DNA of 64,000 bases from Desulfatiglandales bacterium (GCA_963666345.1 OY762721.1:768001-832000), one strand, 5' to 3'. Counted from the first letter of the stretch, positions 39,659 to 50,450 are shown. Translations and numbers: made by a program. Notes: generated by a model not told the origin, from the sequence alone.

Positions 39659-40537
39659 ATGATGAGGTACGCACTATTCATCGGCTGCCAAATCCCCTCC
39701 CGGGTCCCCCAATATGAGACTGCCTCCAGGGCGGTTTTAAAGAAATTGGGCGTCGATGTGGTGGATATAAGGCAGTTTAACTGCTGTGGTTATCCCTTGC
39801 GGAATGTGGACAAGAAGGCGTTTCTTCTTTCATCTGTACGAAATCTGGCCCTCGCCGAACAGAAGGGGCTCGACATGCTGGTTTTGTGCAAATGCTGCTT
39901 CGGAAGTCTCAAAAAGGCTGAACATATGATGAAGGAAGAAGGCGCTTTGCAGGATGAGGTCAGAAAAAGCCTTCAGAAAACCGGTCTGACCTACAAAGGT
40001 GAAACCAGGATATGTCATCTCCTGTCCGTGCTATTTCATGAAGTGGGAGTTGATACCTTAAAGGACAAACTATCAAAAACCTATAAAGGCCTTAATATAG
40101 CCACCCACTATGGGTGCCACGCGCTCAGACCAAGCGAGGTGACCCGGTTTGATGACCCGGTCGCTCCGTCCATCTTCGACAAGCTCGTTGCCGTTACAGG
40201 AGCCAAGAGCGTTGACTGGACCAATAAACTTGAGTGCTGCGGAGCTCCACTCATGGGAATTAATGACGAACTTTCCATGACCCTTACAATGAATAAGGTT
40301 AGAGAAGGTAAAAAGGCGGGAGCCCACTTTTTATGCACCTCCTGCCCATACTGTCAAATTCAGTTCGATACGGTTCAAGATATGATTATTTCCGGCGATG
40401 GAAACCAGGACTACTTACCCTCCATTCTTTTTCCTCAACTTCTGGGTCTTTCGATGGATATCGACCAGGAAGAACTGGGCCTTAAATTGAACAGAGTGGA
40501 TATTACCGAGATAGTATCGTATTTAAACGAGGAGTAG
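39659..40537 (+). CDS. hdrB: Heterodisulfide reductase subunit B
   Basis: Two CCG domains (GC..FNCCG..CKCC; YGCH..ECCG..CPYC), FPQLLGL. Confidence 0.9.
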   Translation: MMRYALFIGCQIPSRVPQYETASRAVLKKLGVDVVDIRQFNCCGYPLRNVDKKAFLLSSVRNLALAEQKGLDMLVLCKCCFGSLKKAEHMMKEEGALQDEVRKSLQKTGLTYKGETRICHLLSVLFHEVGVDTLKDKLSKTYKGLNIATHYGCHALRPSEVTRFDDPVAPSIFDKLVAVTGAKSVDWTNKLECCGAPLMGINDELSMTLTMNKVREGKKAGAHFLCTSCPYCQIQFDTVQDMIISGDGNQDYLPSILFPQLLGLSMDIDQEELGLKLNRVDITEIVSYLNEE

Positions 40538-40540
40538 ATA

Positions 40541-43500
40541 ATGCCACAGGAAAAGACAGGCGCCGTGCTGGTTATAGGAGGCGGTATTACCGGGATGCAG
40601 GCTTCTCTGGATCTTGCAGATTCAGGCTACTACGTCTACCTTGTTGAAAAATCAAGCTCAATAGGCGGGATGATGTCCCAGTTGGACAAGACCTTTCCAA
40701 CCAATGACTGCGCAATGTGAATTATCTCGCCTAAACTGGTCGAGGTCGGCCGGCACATAAACATAGAACTCCTTACCCTCTCGGAAGTAAACAGTATTTC
40801 AGGTGAAGAGGGTAATTTTGAAGTAAAAATAACCCGGAATCCGCGTTATGTTGATCTTGATAAATGCATAGCGTGCGGTCTTTGTGCGGAAAAATGCCCC
40901 AAAAAGGTTCCGAATGAATACGACGGGGGCCTTGTAAAGCGTAAAGCCATATATGTGAAATATGCCCAGGCAGTACCGCTCAAATACGCCATAGATCCTG
41001 AATACTGTATTAAACTTACCAAGGGGAAATGCGGAAACTGCGAAAAGGTGTGCCCTGCCGGCGCTATCAACTATGAGGACAAAAAAAAGGATATCACTCT
41101 TCAGGTAGGTGCTATCGTACTTGCTCAGGGAGGAGAGACTTTCGATCCTTCCGTACACGACACCTTCGGCTACAATAAATACCCCAACATAATCACCAGC
41201 CTGGAATTCGAAAGGATATTATCCGCTTCAGGTCCTTATGGTGGGCACCTCGTAAGGCCTTCGGATAAAAAGGAACCTGAAAAAATCGCATGGCTTCAGT
41301 GCATCGGCTCAAGGGATGAACACCTGGGCGCTAGAGGATATTGTTCAGCCGTCTGCTGTACTTATGCGGTCAAGGAGGCAATGCTCGCAAAGGAACACAG
41401 CAAAACCGGACTGGATACGGCCATATTCTACATTGATATACGAACAAACGGAAAGGACTTCGAAAGGTACTATAACAGAGCCAAGGATGAACTGGGAGTT
41501 CGATTCATCAAAAGCAAAGTCACCGCCATACCTCCTGTGGACGAAACCGGAAGGCATCTGATCAGGTATATTGATGAATCAGGGAAGAGGTGCGAAGAAG
41601 AATTTGACATGGTGGTTCTTTCAGTAGGGTTGGGAGTCACCAAGGAAGGTGTCGAACTTGCTAACAGGCTGGGGATAGAGCTTAACCACTACAGTTATGC
41701 AAGCACCAGCAGTTTCGAACCGGTTCAAAGCTCAGTTCACGGCATCTACGTGTGCGGAGCATTCCAGGGGCCGAAGGATATCCCTTCATCGGTCATTGAC
41801 TCAAGTGCCGCTGCCGGTGTCGTGGGATCTAAACTGGCATCCTCAAGGTGGAGTCTGACAAAAACCAAGATAATTCCCAAAGAGACGGACGTAACCGGAG
41901 AACCAACCCGCATCGGGATATTCGTCTGCTGTTGCGGTACCAACATAGCGGGCATCGTCAATGTGCCGGAGGTGGTTGAATATGCCAAAAGGCTGCCGGG
42001 AGTAGTTTACGCAGAGGAAAATATGTTCAGCTGCTCCCAGGATACACAGGAAAAATTGGCCCATGTTATCAAGGAAGAAAAGCTCAACAGGGTTGTCGTG
42101 GCCGCCTGCACACCCAAGACCCACGAACCGCTTTTCCAGGAAACGCTCCAGAATGCCGGAATAAACAAATATCTGTTCGAAATGGCCAACATCAGGAACC
42201 AGTGCTCCTGGGTTCATAAAGACGGGCCTGAGGAGGCAACTGAAAAGGCCAAAGACCTCGTAAGGATGGCGGCTGCAAAAGTAGCTTTGATGGCGCCGCT
42301 TCAGGAGCCTACTCTGGAAATAAACCAGAGGGCACTGGTGGTGGGAGGCGGTGTGGCAGGAATGAGCGCCGCTAAAAACCTTTCGGAACAGGGGTACGGC
42401 GTAGACCTTCTGGAAAAGATGGGAACCCTAGGAGGCCAGGCGAGGTTTCTGCTCGAGACCTGGAGAGGGGAGGATGCACAAATTTTCCTCTCACATCTTA
42501 TCGAAGATATAGAGGCCGATAAAAACATAGCCGTCCATCTGAATTCACAAATAAAGGGCGTCGATGGTTTTGTAGGTAATTTTAAGACCACCATAGAAAC
42601 CAACGGCGAAGAAAATACTCTTGAACATGGTGTAACCATTATTGCCTCCGGCGCATCGGAACTGAAGCCTGACCAGTATCTTTACGGAAAAGATGATAGA
42701 GTGCTGACGGGACTTGAACTTCAAAGGCGTTTTGTTGAAACGGATGAATCTCTGAACAAAATCAATTCGGCCGTTTTCATTCAATGCGTCGGATCCAGGA
42801 TTCCTGAAAGACCCTATTGTTCCAAGCTTTGCTGCACACAGTCTATAAAAAACGCCCTCAGGCTTAAACAGATCAATCCCGATATGGCAGTGTTCGTAAT
42901 CTACAGAGACATGCGGCCCTACGGCCTGAGAGAGGACCTGTACCGGGAAGCCAGATCAAAGGGCGTCGCATTTATCAGGTACGATTTTGATAAAGAGCTG
43001 AAGGTCGATTCTGAAAATGGTTCCCTGAAGATAAGTTTCACCGACTTTGTCTTGAGAAGACAGATGGAACTAAGGCCGGATCTGCTTGTGCTCGCTTCCG
43101 CAGTGGTGCCTGTAAAAAATGATCCTCTGTCAAAATTTTTCAAGATTACTCAAAACGATGACGGCTTTTTTACAGAGGCCCATGTCAAGCTAAGACCCGT
43201 GGATTTTGCCACAGACGGGGTATTTCTGTGCGGTCTCGCCCACTCGCCCAAACCTCTGGATGAATCGATAACGCAGGCCCAGGCGGCGGCTGCCAGGGCG
43301 GTAACCCTTCTTTCCGCAAAGACAATCTCGGTAAGCGGCACTGTCGCGCATGTGAATCCATCCTTCTGCAGCAGTTGCGGCATATGTGTATCAGTGTGTC
43401 CATATTCGGCTCCAAGATTCAACGAAAAGACGGGCAAAGCGGAGATAGAAGCCACACTCTGCAAGGGTTGCGGGTTGTGTGTCTCTTCATGCCGCTCAGG

Positions 43501-43570
43501 GGCCATAAATCTCAGGGGATTCGGAAACGATCAGATAATGGCTATGATTGATTCCTGTCTGGCAGTCTGA
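40541..43570 (+). CDS. hdrA: Heterodisulfide reductase subunit A-like flavoprotein, selenoprotein (Sec60), 1009 aa
   Basis: ATG 40541 gives [18 protein letters not shown]...[15 protein letters not shown](40718-40720)-IISPKL, in frame with ORF 40955..43570. The TGA sits at the second Cys of the DCxxC motif. Confidence 0.9.
40736..40753 (+). promoter_or_regulatory. Putative bacterial SECIS hairpin
   Basis: CTGGTCG-AGGT-CGGCCGG, a 7-bp stem with a G-containing loop, 15 nt after the UGA. Confidence 0.7.
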
Positions 43571-43918
43571 TAATAAGGAAACGATAAGGGCCGCAAATGT
43601 CTTTTTGTCATGTGAGGACCTGCTGTTTTATACATAAAGACGGATGAAAAAGGCCCACCCCCCGCTTTAAGGATTGAATCCTGCGCCCTGCAATGACAAA
43701 ATCTCCCATATTATTTGCCTTTTTTTTGGCCCGGCCTTCAGGACAGCGCCTTCTATAATGAGATAAACCTGGTAATCCGGCGGGATAAAGATAGTTGCAT
43801 TTGAAAAGAATTATGTGTAAAAATACGGCCTATGGATAAGTAAAGGCTGATGCATCCTTAAAATTCGGAAGCTGTTCTCCCTGAAGCAAAAACGCGAAAC
43901 GATCAAGAGGGTATAGAC

Positions 43919-44971
43919 ATGGAAAGACCACATAATCCCCATACATATATCAACAGAAGAAAGTTTCTGAGGTTATCTGGCATTCTCGGGGCGGGCCTTG
44001 CCGTCGGAGGTATTTTGCCTGTGTCCGCAGAAGCGGTAAAATTCAACACAGATGAATACAAGGTGGACGAAACAAGGTCCGCCATGTCGACAACGGTAAC
44101 AATGATCCTGATACATCCATCCAAGACAGAGGCCCAAGAGGCAATCGGCAGGGCCTTTGAGGAAATATATCGGCTCGAAGGCCTTATGAATCGTTTCGAC
44201 GATTCAACAGCCGTCGGCAGCCTTAACAGACAGGGCTCTCTCATCGGTATTCCTTCCGAGGTACTTGAAGTGATCAGGAGTTCTCTGAGATATCACGGCG
44301 TCACCGGGGGTAATTTTGATATAACCGTAAAGCCAGTGATAGAACTGTTCAGCTGTGCCTCTCAAGGTAAAAGTAGGTATCCTGATAAAAGGGAGATTGA
44401 AGAAGCCTTCGGACTTGTGGGCTCCTCCAAGATCGAGATTAACGGCCGAGACATCCGTTTCAGGCAACCAGGCATGGGCATTACCCTTGACGGAATTGCA
44501 AAGGGTTATATCGTGGACAGGGCATCCGCCCTTCTTTCACGCTACAACATCCGCAATCATCTGATAAACGCAGGGGGGGACATAAGGGCAAGGGGTTCTC
44601 AACAAGGCAACAGGCCATGGAAGGTCGCTGTTCAGGATCCTCAAAAAAAGGGGGAATATCCGGACATAATACACCTGAACGACGGTGCCATAGCAACCTC
44701 GGGCAACTATGAGGTATATTTCGACAGTGAGCGGATGTCACACCACATTGTAGACCCCAAAACCGGACTTTCACCCATGATGAGCACCAGCGTGTCGGTG
44801 CTGGCCAAAACCGCCATGGAGGCCGACGCCTTTTCCACCAGTGTGTTCGTGATGGGACATGAAGCGGGAACCAGATTCATAGATTCAAGACCCGGCTGCG
44901 AGAGCCTTGTCCTTCAAAAGATGGGAAAGGCTTTCAGGTCCGCCGGTTGGTGCGCCCGGGCGGCCATATAA
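43919..44971 (+). CDS. apbE: FAD:protein FMN transferase with Tat signal
   Basis: NRRKFLR, FDITV.P, DGIAKGY..D, NAGGDI, ATSGNYE, HIVDP, ADA.ST. Confidence 0.92.
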   Translation: MERPHNPHTYINRRKFLRLSGILGAGLAVGGILPVSAEAVKFNTDEYKVDETRSAMSTTVTMILIHPSKTEAQEAIGRAFEEIYRLEGLMNRFDDSTAVGSLNRQGSLIGIPSEVLEVIRSSLRYHGVTGGNFDITVKPVIELFSCASQGKSRYPDKREIEEAFGLVGSSKIEINGRDIRFRQPGMGITLDGIAKGYIVDRASALLSRYNIRNHLINAGGDIRARGSQQGNRPWKVAVQDPQKKGEYPDIIHLNDGAIATSGNYEVYFDSERMSHHIVDPKTGLSPMMSTSVSVLAKTAMEADAFSTSVFVMGHEAGTRFIDSRPGCESLVLQKMGKAFRSAGWCARAAI

Positions 44972-46577
44972 ACGACTCTATCTCACTCAACAGTCCATAA
45001 AGACTGGGAGGACTGATCGCACTGGTTGCGATTCCTCCCATTTTTATGGAAAAATTTCTTGCCTGCTCTGCCGGAATAAGGTCCGACTTGTTCAAAACGA
45101 GCAATCTGGGGATATCTCCCAGTCCGAGTCGCGCAAGGATCTTTTCCACCGTTTCCAGATGAACTTCAAGCAAAGGGCTTGTGGAATCGACCACATGCAG
45201 CAGAAGGTCTGCGTCGTTCAGCTCCTCAAGAGTGGCCTCAAAGGCGTCCATGAGGCTTTCAGGAATATCCCTTATAAATCCCACCGTATCGGTTATGATC
45301 GCCTCCCTTTCTCTGGGGAACCGCAGGCGCCTGCTGCTCGGATCAAGCGTCTCAAAAAGCCTGTTTCCCACATTGACCCTGCTGCGAGTCATCGCATTCA
45401 GCAGCGTCGATTTACCGGCATTGGTGTACCCGACGATTGATATAACAGGCAGGCCCCTGTCTTTTCTGAGCCTTCTTCTGTCCTTTCTCTGCCGTCTGAT
45501 TGAGGCGAGTTCCCTGTTGAGCTTTGCTATGCGGGAATAGACCCTTCTTCTGTTTATTTCTAGCTTTGTCTCTCCCGGCCCTCTTCCACCTATCCCACCG
45601 GTGAGTCTCGACATGGCGGTATTTTTGGTGGCAAGCCTGGGAAGCAGATATTTGAACTGCGCCAGTTCTACCTGAATCTTACCTTCCCTTGTAACCGCAC
45701 GTCTGGCAAATATATCCAAAATGAGCTGGGTACGGTCGATGATCTTGAGTTCGGTGATATCCGTGAGGCTCCTTACCTGTGCCGGGGAAAGGTCATTGTC
45801 GAATATCAATAGATTCGACCCGGTCTGAATGCATTCAAGCGAAAGTTCACTCAGTTTTCCCTTTCCTATCAAAAGGGAGGAACCTCCATTTTTTACCTGC
45901 TGAAGGTGCCTGCCTGCCACATCTATTCCGTCTGATCTTGCAAGATCCTCCAATTCATCAAGGCGCTGCTCTCCGCTCCACCTAGGACCTGTGGTGACTC
46001 CGATCAGCACCGCCTTCTCCCTGCCCCTTACAGAGCGCCCGGTCCTGACCCTTGCCAGTTCATCTTCGATAGAATAAATCTTCTCGATGAAGTCCAGTTC
46101 CAGCTGGCCGATGTCAGCGGCGCGGTTCTCCTCCCACCCCCTTACGCCCCTTCCATGTGGAAGGATATTGGCATAACAGATGGCACCCGGCATACCTTGA
46201 TCCCCGACCCTGACGCAGGCCATCAGGTCCAGACCGAGAAGAAGCATGTCGGTTATATCCTCCTGTGATAGAGGCTCGCCTCTAAGGTGCGTGTGGATGC
46301 ACCTCAGCCCCTTCAGACGGCCCTCTCCCTGTCTGAACCTGCTCAGGTCGGGTATCCATATCCGTTTGTCGCTGCCTACTATCACATATGCGATTTCTCC
46401 CTTTCTGGACACCAAAATCGCGACCTGTCTCTTTATTTCGCTGGATATTGCACAGATCTGACGGGTAAGTTCCCTGGAGACTATCTCATGGGGTGAGAAA
46501 CGGCGCCGGTAAAGATTCTGAAGTCTCTTTTGCTGGCTTGCCTTGAGACCGGCTGTCTTGCCGTATATCCTGTCGAT
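44934..46577 (-). CDS. hflX: Ribosome-splitting GTPase HflX (long form, probable ATC start)
   Basis: IHTH, DRT.LILDIFA.RA, GGRGPGET.LE, GYTNAGKS, DTVGFI, NKSD. The frame stays open 54 codons upstream of TTG 46415 to ATC 46577. Confidence 0.9.
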   Translation of the reverse strand: MDRIYGKTAGLKASQQKRLQNLYRRRFSPHEIVSRELTRQICAISSEIKRQVAILVSRKGEIAYVIVGSDKRIWIPDLSRFRQGEGRLKGLRCIHTHLRGEPLSQEDITDMLLLGLDLMACVRVGDQGMPGAICYANILPHGRGVRGWEENRAADIGQLELDFIEKIYSIEDELARVRTGRSVRGREKAVLIGVTTGPRWSGEQRLDELEDLARSDGIDVAGRHLQQVKNGGSSLLIGKGKLSELSLECIQTGSNLLIFDNDLSPAQVRSLTDITELKIIDRTQLILDIFARRAVTREGKIQVELAQFKYLLPRLATKNTAMSRLTGGIGGRGPGETKLEINRRRVYSRIAKLNRELASIRRQRKDRRRLRKDRGLPVISIVGYTNAGKSTLLNAMTRSRVNVGNRLFETLDPSSRRLRFPREREAIITDTVGFIRDIPESLMDAFEATLEELNDADLLLHVVDSTSPLLEVHLETVEKILARLGLGDIPRLLVLNKSDLIPAEQARNFSIKMGGIATSAISPPSLYGLLSEIESFIWPPGRTNRRT

Positions 46578-46782
46578 GGTTTCAGATCCTCATCGATTTG
46601 GTTCATTGGGAGAGACCTTGCTCTCTGAGCCAGGTTCAAAAAAAGCGGCACTATTCTTAATCATAGGCATTGTGGACATTACAAGATATTCTAAAGTCCT
46701 GGTATAATAATCTCTGTCCCCCTTTCAGCGGTAAACCAATGCCCTTCCTTACCTGCCGAAGTCTTCAAGACGGACACAGCAG

Positions 46783-48147
46783 CTAAAAGGAGTCCTCTTC
46801 CTCCACAAAATCCTTGAACAGGGTACGCTCCTTTAAAAAAGTCAACTTAAAAAAGCCGGTCGGCCCGTTTCTCTGCTTTCCTATGATGATCTCAGCTATG
46901 TTCCTGTTTTCAGCATTTTCCGGATGGTACACCTCGTCCCGGTAGATAAAGGCGATAACATCCGCGTCCTGCTCTATTGCTCCGCTTTCTCTCAGATCCG
47001 CCAGTTGAGGTTTCTTATTCGGCCTGTCTTCAACCTTTCTGTTTAACTGTGAAAGGGCCAGCACAGGCACATTCAGGTCTTTTGCAAGGGCCTTCAGCAT
47101 TCTTGATATCTCGGAGATTTCAAGCTGGCGCGACTCGGCGGAACTTCTTCCCTGAATGAGCTGGAGATAATCAACTATTACGAGACACAGATCGTATCTC
47201 TTTTTTAATCTCCTGCATTTTGCCTTCATCCCCAGGACGCTTATTCCTGAACTGTCGTCTATGAATATGGGTAATTCCGAGAGTCTGTTGGCCGAATCGG
47301 TCAAGCCTTCCCAGTCCTTGTCCCTTAAATAACCGGTCCTGAGCTTTGTTGCGTTTATGCCTGAATCCAGCCCGAGCAGTCTTATGCCCAACTGCTGTTT
47401 GGACATCTCAAGGGAGAACACGGCCACTCCCTTCTGTGTCTTTTTGGCTGCATTATATCCGATATTAAGTGCAAAGGCGGTTTTCCCCATACTCGGCCTT
47501 CCGGCGATGATTACAAGATCAGACGGCTGCAGCCCGGCGGTCAGCCTGTCGAAGTCTGTAAAATCAGTTGGGACGCCTGTCACATATCCTTCAAACTCAG
47601 ACATGCGCTCCAGCCTTTTGAAGCTCCCCTTAATTACTTCCTTTATGCTCTGAAATCCCTCTTTTACCTGCTCCTCTGCTATATCGTAAATCGCCTGCTC
47701 GGCTATTTCTAGGATTTCCTCCGTATCGCCCGTGTCCTTGAAACAGGACTCCGATATCATTGAGCAGCTGTTTATAAGCCTTCTCTTGACGGCAAGGGAT
47801 TTAACGATTTGGGCGTGATGGACTATACCTGCTGAGGTGGAGACCGATTCAACCAGAGATGCCAGATAATCGGTTCCGCCCACCTTTTCAAGGAGGGCCT
47901 TGCTGATGAGACGCTGAGACAGGGTTATAATATCGATAGGTTCGGTCTGGTTGTAGAGATCAACCATGCCCTGAAAAACAGATGCATGTGCCTCTCGATA
48001 GAAATCATCCGGCTTCAGTATATCGGTGACCATGTTCATGGCATCGTTGTTTAGCAGAACTCCACCCAGAATAGCCTGTTCCGCCTCGAGATTATGAGGA
48101 GGAACCTTTAAAAACCGGCCTTCTATCTTCTCTTTTGCCTGAGGCAT
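46783..48147 (-). CDS. dnaB: Replicative DNA helicase
   Basis: PPHNLEAEQ, GRPSMGKT, FSLEM, DYLQL, LRESGAIEQDAD, KQRNGP. Confidence 0.97.
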   Translation of the reverse strand: MPQAKEKIEGRFLKVPPHNLEAEQAILGGVLLNNDAMNMVTDILKPDDFYREAHASVFQGMVDLYNQTEPIDIITLSQRLISKALLEKVGGTDYLASLVESVSTSAGIVHHAQIVKSLAVKRRLINSCSMISESCFKDTGDTEEILEIAEQAIYDIAEEQVKEGFQSIKEVIKGSFKRLERMSEFEGYVTGVPTDFTDFDRLTAGLQPSDLVIIAGRPSMGKTAFALNIGYNAAKKTQKGVAVFSLEMSKQQLGIRLLGLDSGINATKLRTGYLRDKDWEGLTDSANRLSELPIFIDDSSGISVLGMKAKCRRLKKRYDLCLVIVDYLQLIQGRSSAESRQLEISEISRMLKALAKDLNVPVLALSQLNRKVEDRPNKKPQLADLRESGAIEQDADVIAFIYRDEVYHPENAENRNIAEIIIGKQRNGPTGFFKLTFLKERTLFKDFVEEEDSF

Positions 48148-48196
48148 TTAACAACCTTTCCGGTTGAACTCATCAGTAAAACGACCCGGATATCAC

Positions 48197-48655
48197 TTAT
48201 TCCTCAGATTTTCCTTCGGCTTCCACTGTTATTTTTAAAGAAGCCGTAACCTCAGGGTAGATCTTCACAGGCACTTCATGTTCACCCAAAATCTTTATGG
48301 GGCCTTCCATGCTGATCCTTTTTCTGTCGATCGAAATCCCTTTGTTTTCCAGTTCCGAGGCGATATCCATAGAAGTAACAGATCCGTAAAGTTTTCCTTC
48401 TTCCCCGGCCTTGTGCGAAAAAGTAAGCACCATTTGCTCCAACTGCCGTTTCAGACCTTCCGCATCTTCTCTGGCCTTAAGCCTTCGCACCTCTATCTTT
48501 TTCCGTTTCTGTTCAAAGGCCTTTATGTTCTGGGCTGTGGCTTCAACCGCAATATTTCTGGGGATCAGATAATTGCGTGCATAACCCTTTGCTACCTTGA
48601 TCACATCCCCTTCAAGACCGAGATCATTCATGTCTTCCTGTAAAATAACTTCCAT
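48197..48655 (-). CDS. rplI: 50S ribosomal protein L9
   Basis: MEVIL, GYARNYLIP, KLYGSVT. Confidence 0.96.
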   Translation of the reverse strand: MEVILQEDMNDLGLEGDVIKVAKGYARNYLIPRNIAVEATAQNIKAFEQKRKKIEVRRLKAREDAEGLKRQLEQMVLTFSHKAGEEGKLYGSVTSMDIASELENKGISIDRKRISMEGPIKILGEHEVPVKIYPEVTASLKITVEAEGKSEE

Positions 48656-48676
48656 ACCTTATCCTCCAAAATTAGA

Positions 48677-49615
48677 TCAGCGATCCATCCTTCTATGGAT
48701 CTTCCTGAAATCTATCCATTGATCAAAAATTCCGGCAAGCACAAGCAGTATCATACAGAGCTGTTGCACCATAATAAGGACATAAAATCCAGCTCTTATA
48801 AGCCTCGGAACATGAAATTTATTCAGGAAGAAAAGACTGATGGACAGCCCGTGAAAAAAATATACCGCTATCATTACAATAAACGCATTGATAGCGAAAA
48901 ATTGTATACCGCCTGATGATAAAAATAAAGCAAAACCTGAGACGATAATACCCCACACCATCTCATCAGGGGCCTGCCAGTGATCAACAGGACCGAAATC
49001 AGGATATTCAAGACCGGTTCTCACGAAAAGGGCCTTTGCCAGAATCACGTTCAACCACACAGCAAAAGCGGTACCTAAAATCATGAGCGAGGGATAAATC
49101 CTGGCCACGATATCCATAAAAGCCTTTATATAGGCCTCAATTGCAGCCGCTTCCTGCGATGGGGCCCCCATGCCTTCGTAAATGGCCACTTCGGACTTCA
49201 ATTGTATTTCCATGTAGTTGAGCAACATTTCAAAGGGACCCGAACCCTTTGACCAGCTCAAAATAAAAAGAAAAAACAGCCCTGTCATCGACATGATGAT
49301 GACAGTGGCCAGCATAGTCTTTCCAAGGGTCAGCCCTTTCCTGAATAACTCACTAAGGACCAGCCCCATGAAGCTGAATTCCAGGCAGAATATAATGACC
49401 TGGGTCTGTCCCGTAAACCTTGCAAACAGGCCCAGAACCAAAGTGGTAAGGACTGCGAGTTTGATACCGTCAAACAGGCCCAGTTTAGTTGAATAATAGA
49501 GGAAAATTAAGGGCGTCAGCAGGCTAATCAGGGGACCGATAAAAGGGACCCAGATGGAGGCCAGGAGCAACAAGGCGGTCCCGCCCACACAACCCAGCAC
49601 ATCTGAAAGTTTCAT
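48677..49615 (-). CDS. DUF2232/YybS membrane protein
   Basis: Polytopic membrane protein ending GIFDQWIDFRK, at the conserved position between rpsR and rplI. Confidence 0.85.
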   Translation of the reverse strand: MKLSDVLGCVGGTALLLLASIWVPFIGPLISLLTPLIFLYYSTKLGLFDGIKLAVLTTLVLGLFARFTGQTQVIIFCLEFSFMGLVLSELFRKGLTLGKTMLATVIIMSMTGLFFLFILSWSKGSGPFEMLLNYMEIQLKSEVAIYEGMGAPSQEAAAIEAYIKAFMDIVARIYPSLMILGTAFAVWLNVILAKALFVRTGLEYPDFGPVDHWQAPDEMVWGIIVSGFALFLSSGGIQFFAINAFIVMIAVYFFHGLSISLFFLNKFHVPRLIRAGFYVLIMVQQLCMILLVLAGIFDQWIDFRKIHRRMDR

Positions 49616-49674
49616 TGGTTTTTGGGATAGGCAAGCCCCATCAAAGCAAACGGCTCTCTGCTAGGGGTTTCAGA

Positions 49675-49941
49675 TTATCTTACGACAGATGTCGTATAAG
49701 GCAGCAGGGCCATATTTCTCGCCCTCTTAATGGCCAGAGTAAGCATCCTTTGATGCTTGGCACAGTTGCCTGAAATTCTGCGTGGAGTGATCTTGCCCCT
49801 TTCGGTTGTAAAATATCTAAGTGTTCTGGGTTCTTTGTAATCAATTACCAGGCTGCTGTCAGCACAAAACCTGCAGATTTTTCTCCTGTGATAGGTCTTT
49901 CTGCCTCTGCCCGGATTTCTACCGTTGTCATTATAGGCCAT
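49675..49941 (-). CDS. rpsR: 30S ribosomal protein S18
   Basis: CRFC, IDYK, TERGKI.PRR.SG.CAKHQR, AIKRAR..ALLPY. Confidence 0.96.
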   Translation of the reverse strand: MAYNDNGRNPGRGRKTYHRRKICRFCADSSLVIDYKEPRTLRYFTTERGKITPRRISGNCAKHQRMLTLAIKRARNMALLPYTTSVVR

Positions 49942-49952
49942 TGTCAACCCCT

Positions 49953-50384
49953 TTATATCTCTTCCTGATTGTCAGCTTTCTGCTCTTCTGTCTCTTCTAC
50001 AGTTTCCACTTCAGCTTCGGTTTCCACTTCAGCTTCGGTTTCTTCCGGGGGAGTTTCCTTGAAACTGGCCTGAAGGGCCTCAGGGTCTACATTGTCGTCA
50101 AGTTTTATTGTCTGATGCTTAAGGACCCTTTCATCAAGCTTAAACTCTCTGTTCATCGGTTCTATGATTTCCGGACTACCGCAGAATTGGAAAAGGACAT
50201 AGAAGCCCTTGTCATGTTTTTTTACCGGATATGCCAGAGTCTTCTTACCCCATTCATCTAATTTTATTGCGGTTCCCTTGTTATTTGAAACAAAACCGTT
50301 GAACTTCTCAACGACCTCTCCGCAGTCCTCTTCACTCAGATTAGGATTAAGAAGATAAAGCGTCTCATAAAAGTTAATAGCCAT
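49953..50384 (-). CDS. rpsF: 30S ribosomal protein S6
   Basis: YET..LLNP, WG.K.LAYP.KK...G.Y, acidic tail. Start ATG 50384 after AAGGAG. Confidence 0.94.
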   Translation of the reverse strand: MAINFYETLYLLNPNLSEEDCGEVVEKFNGFVSNNKGTAIKLDEWGKKTLAYPVKKHDKGFYVLFQFCGSPEIIEPMNREFKLDERVLKHQTIKLDDNVDPEALQASFKETPPEETEAEVETEAEVETVEETEEQKADNQEEI

Positions 50385-50390
50385 AGATTT

Positions 50391-50450
50391 CTCCTTTCGG
50401 CCAATTTTTGGTTCTCCTCTTCCCATCACCGGCAGAGAAGAACAAGGAGT
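50391..50450 (-). promoter_or_regulatory. Putative rpsF leader (S6:S18 autoregulatory RNA)
   Basis: CTCCTT complementary to the AAGGAG SD, enclosing a 10-bp stem GTTCTTCTCT/AGAGGAGAAC. Confidence 0.5.

Noticed and set aside
40955..43570. ORF-track call of an 871-aa HdrA starting at GTG 40955
   Set aside because: It lacks the N-terminal FAD-binding motif; Sec readthrough from 40541 explains the locus better.
50006..50045. 18-bp direct repeat in the rpsF 3' region
   Set aside because: It encodes the acidic ETEAEV repeat of the S6 tail, which is ordinary low complexity.
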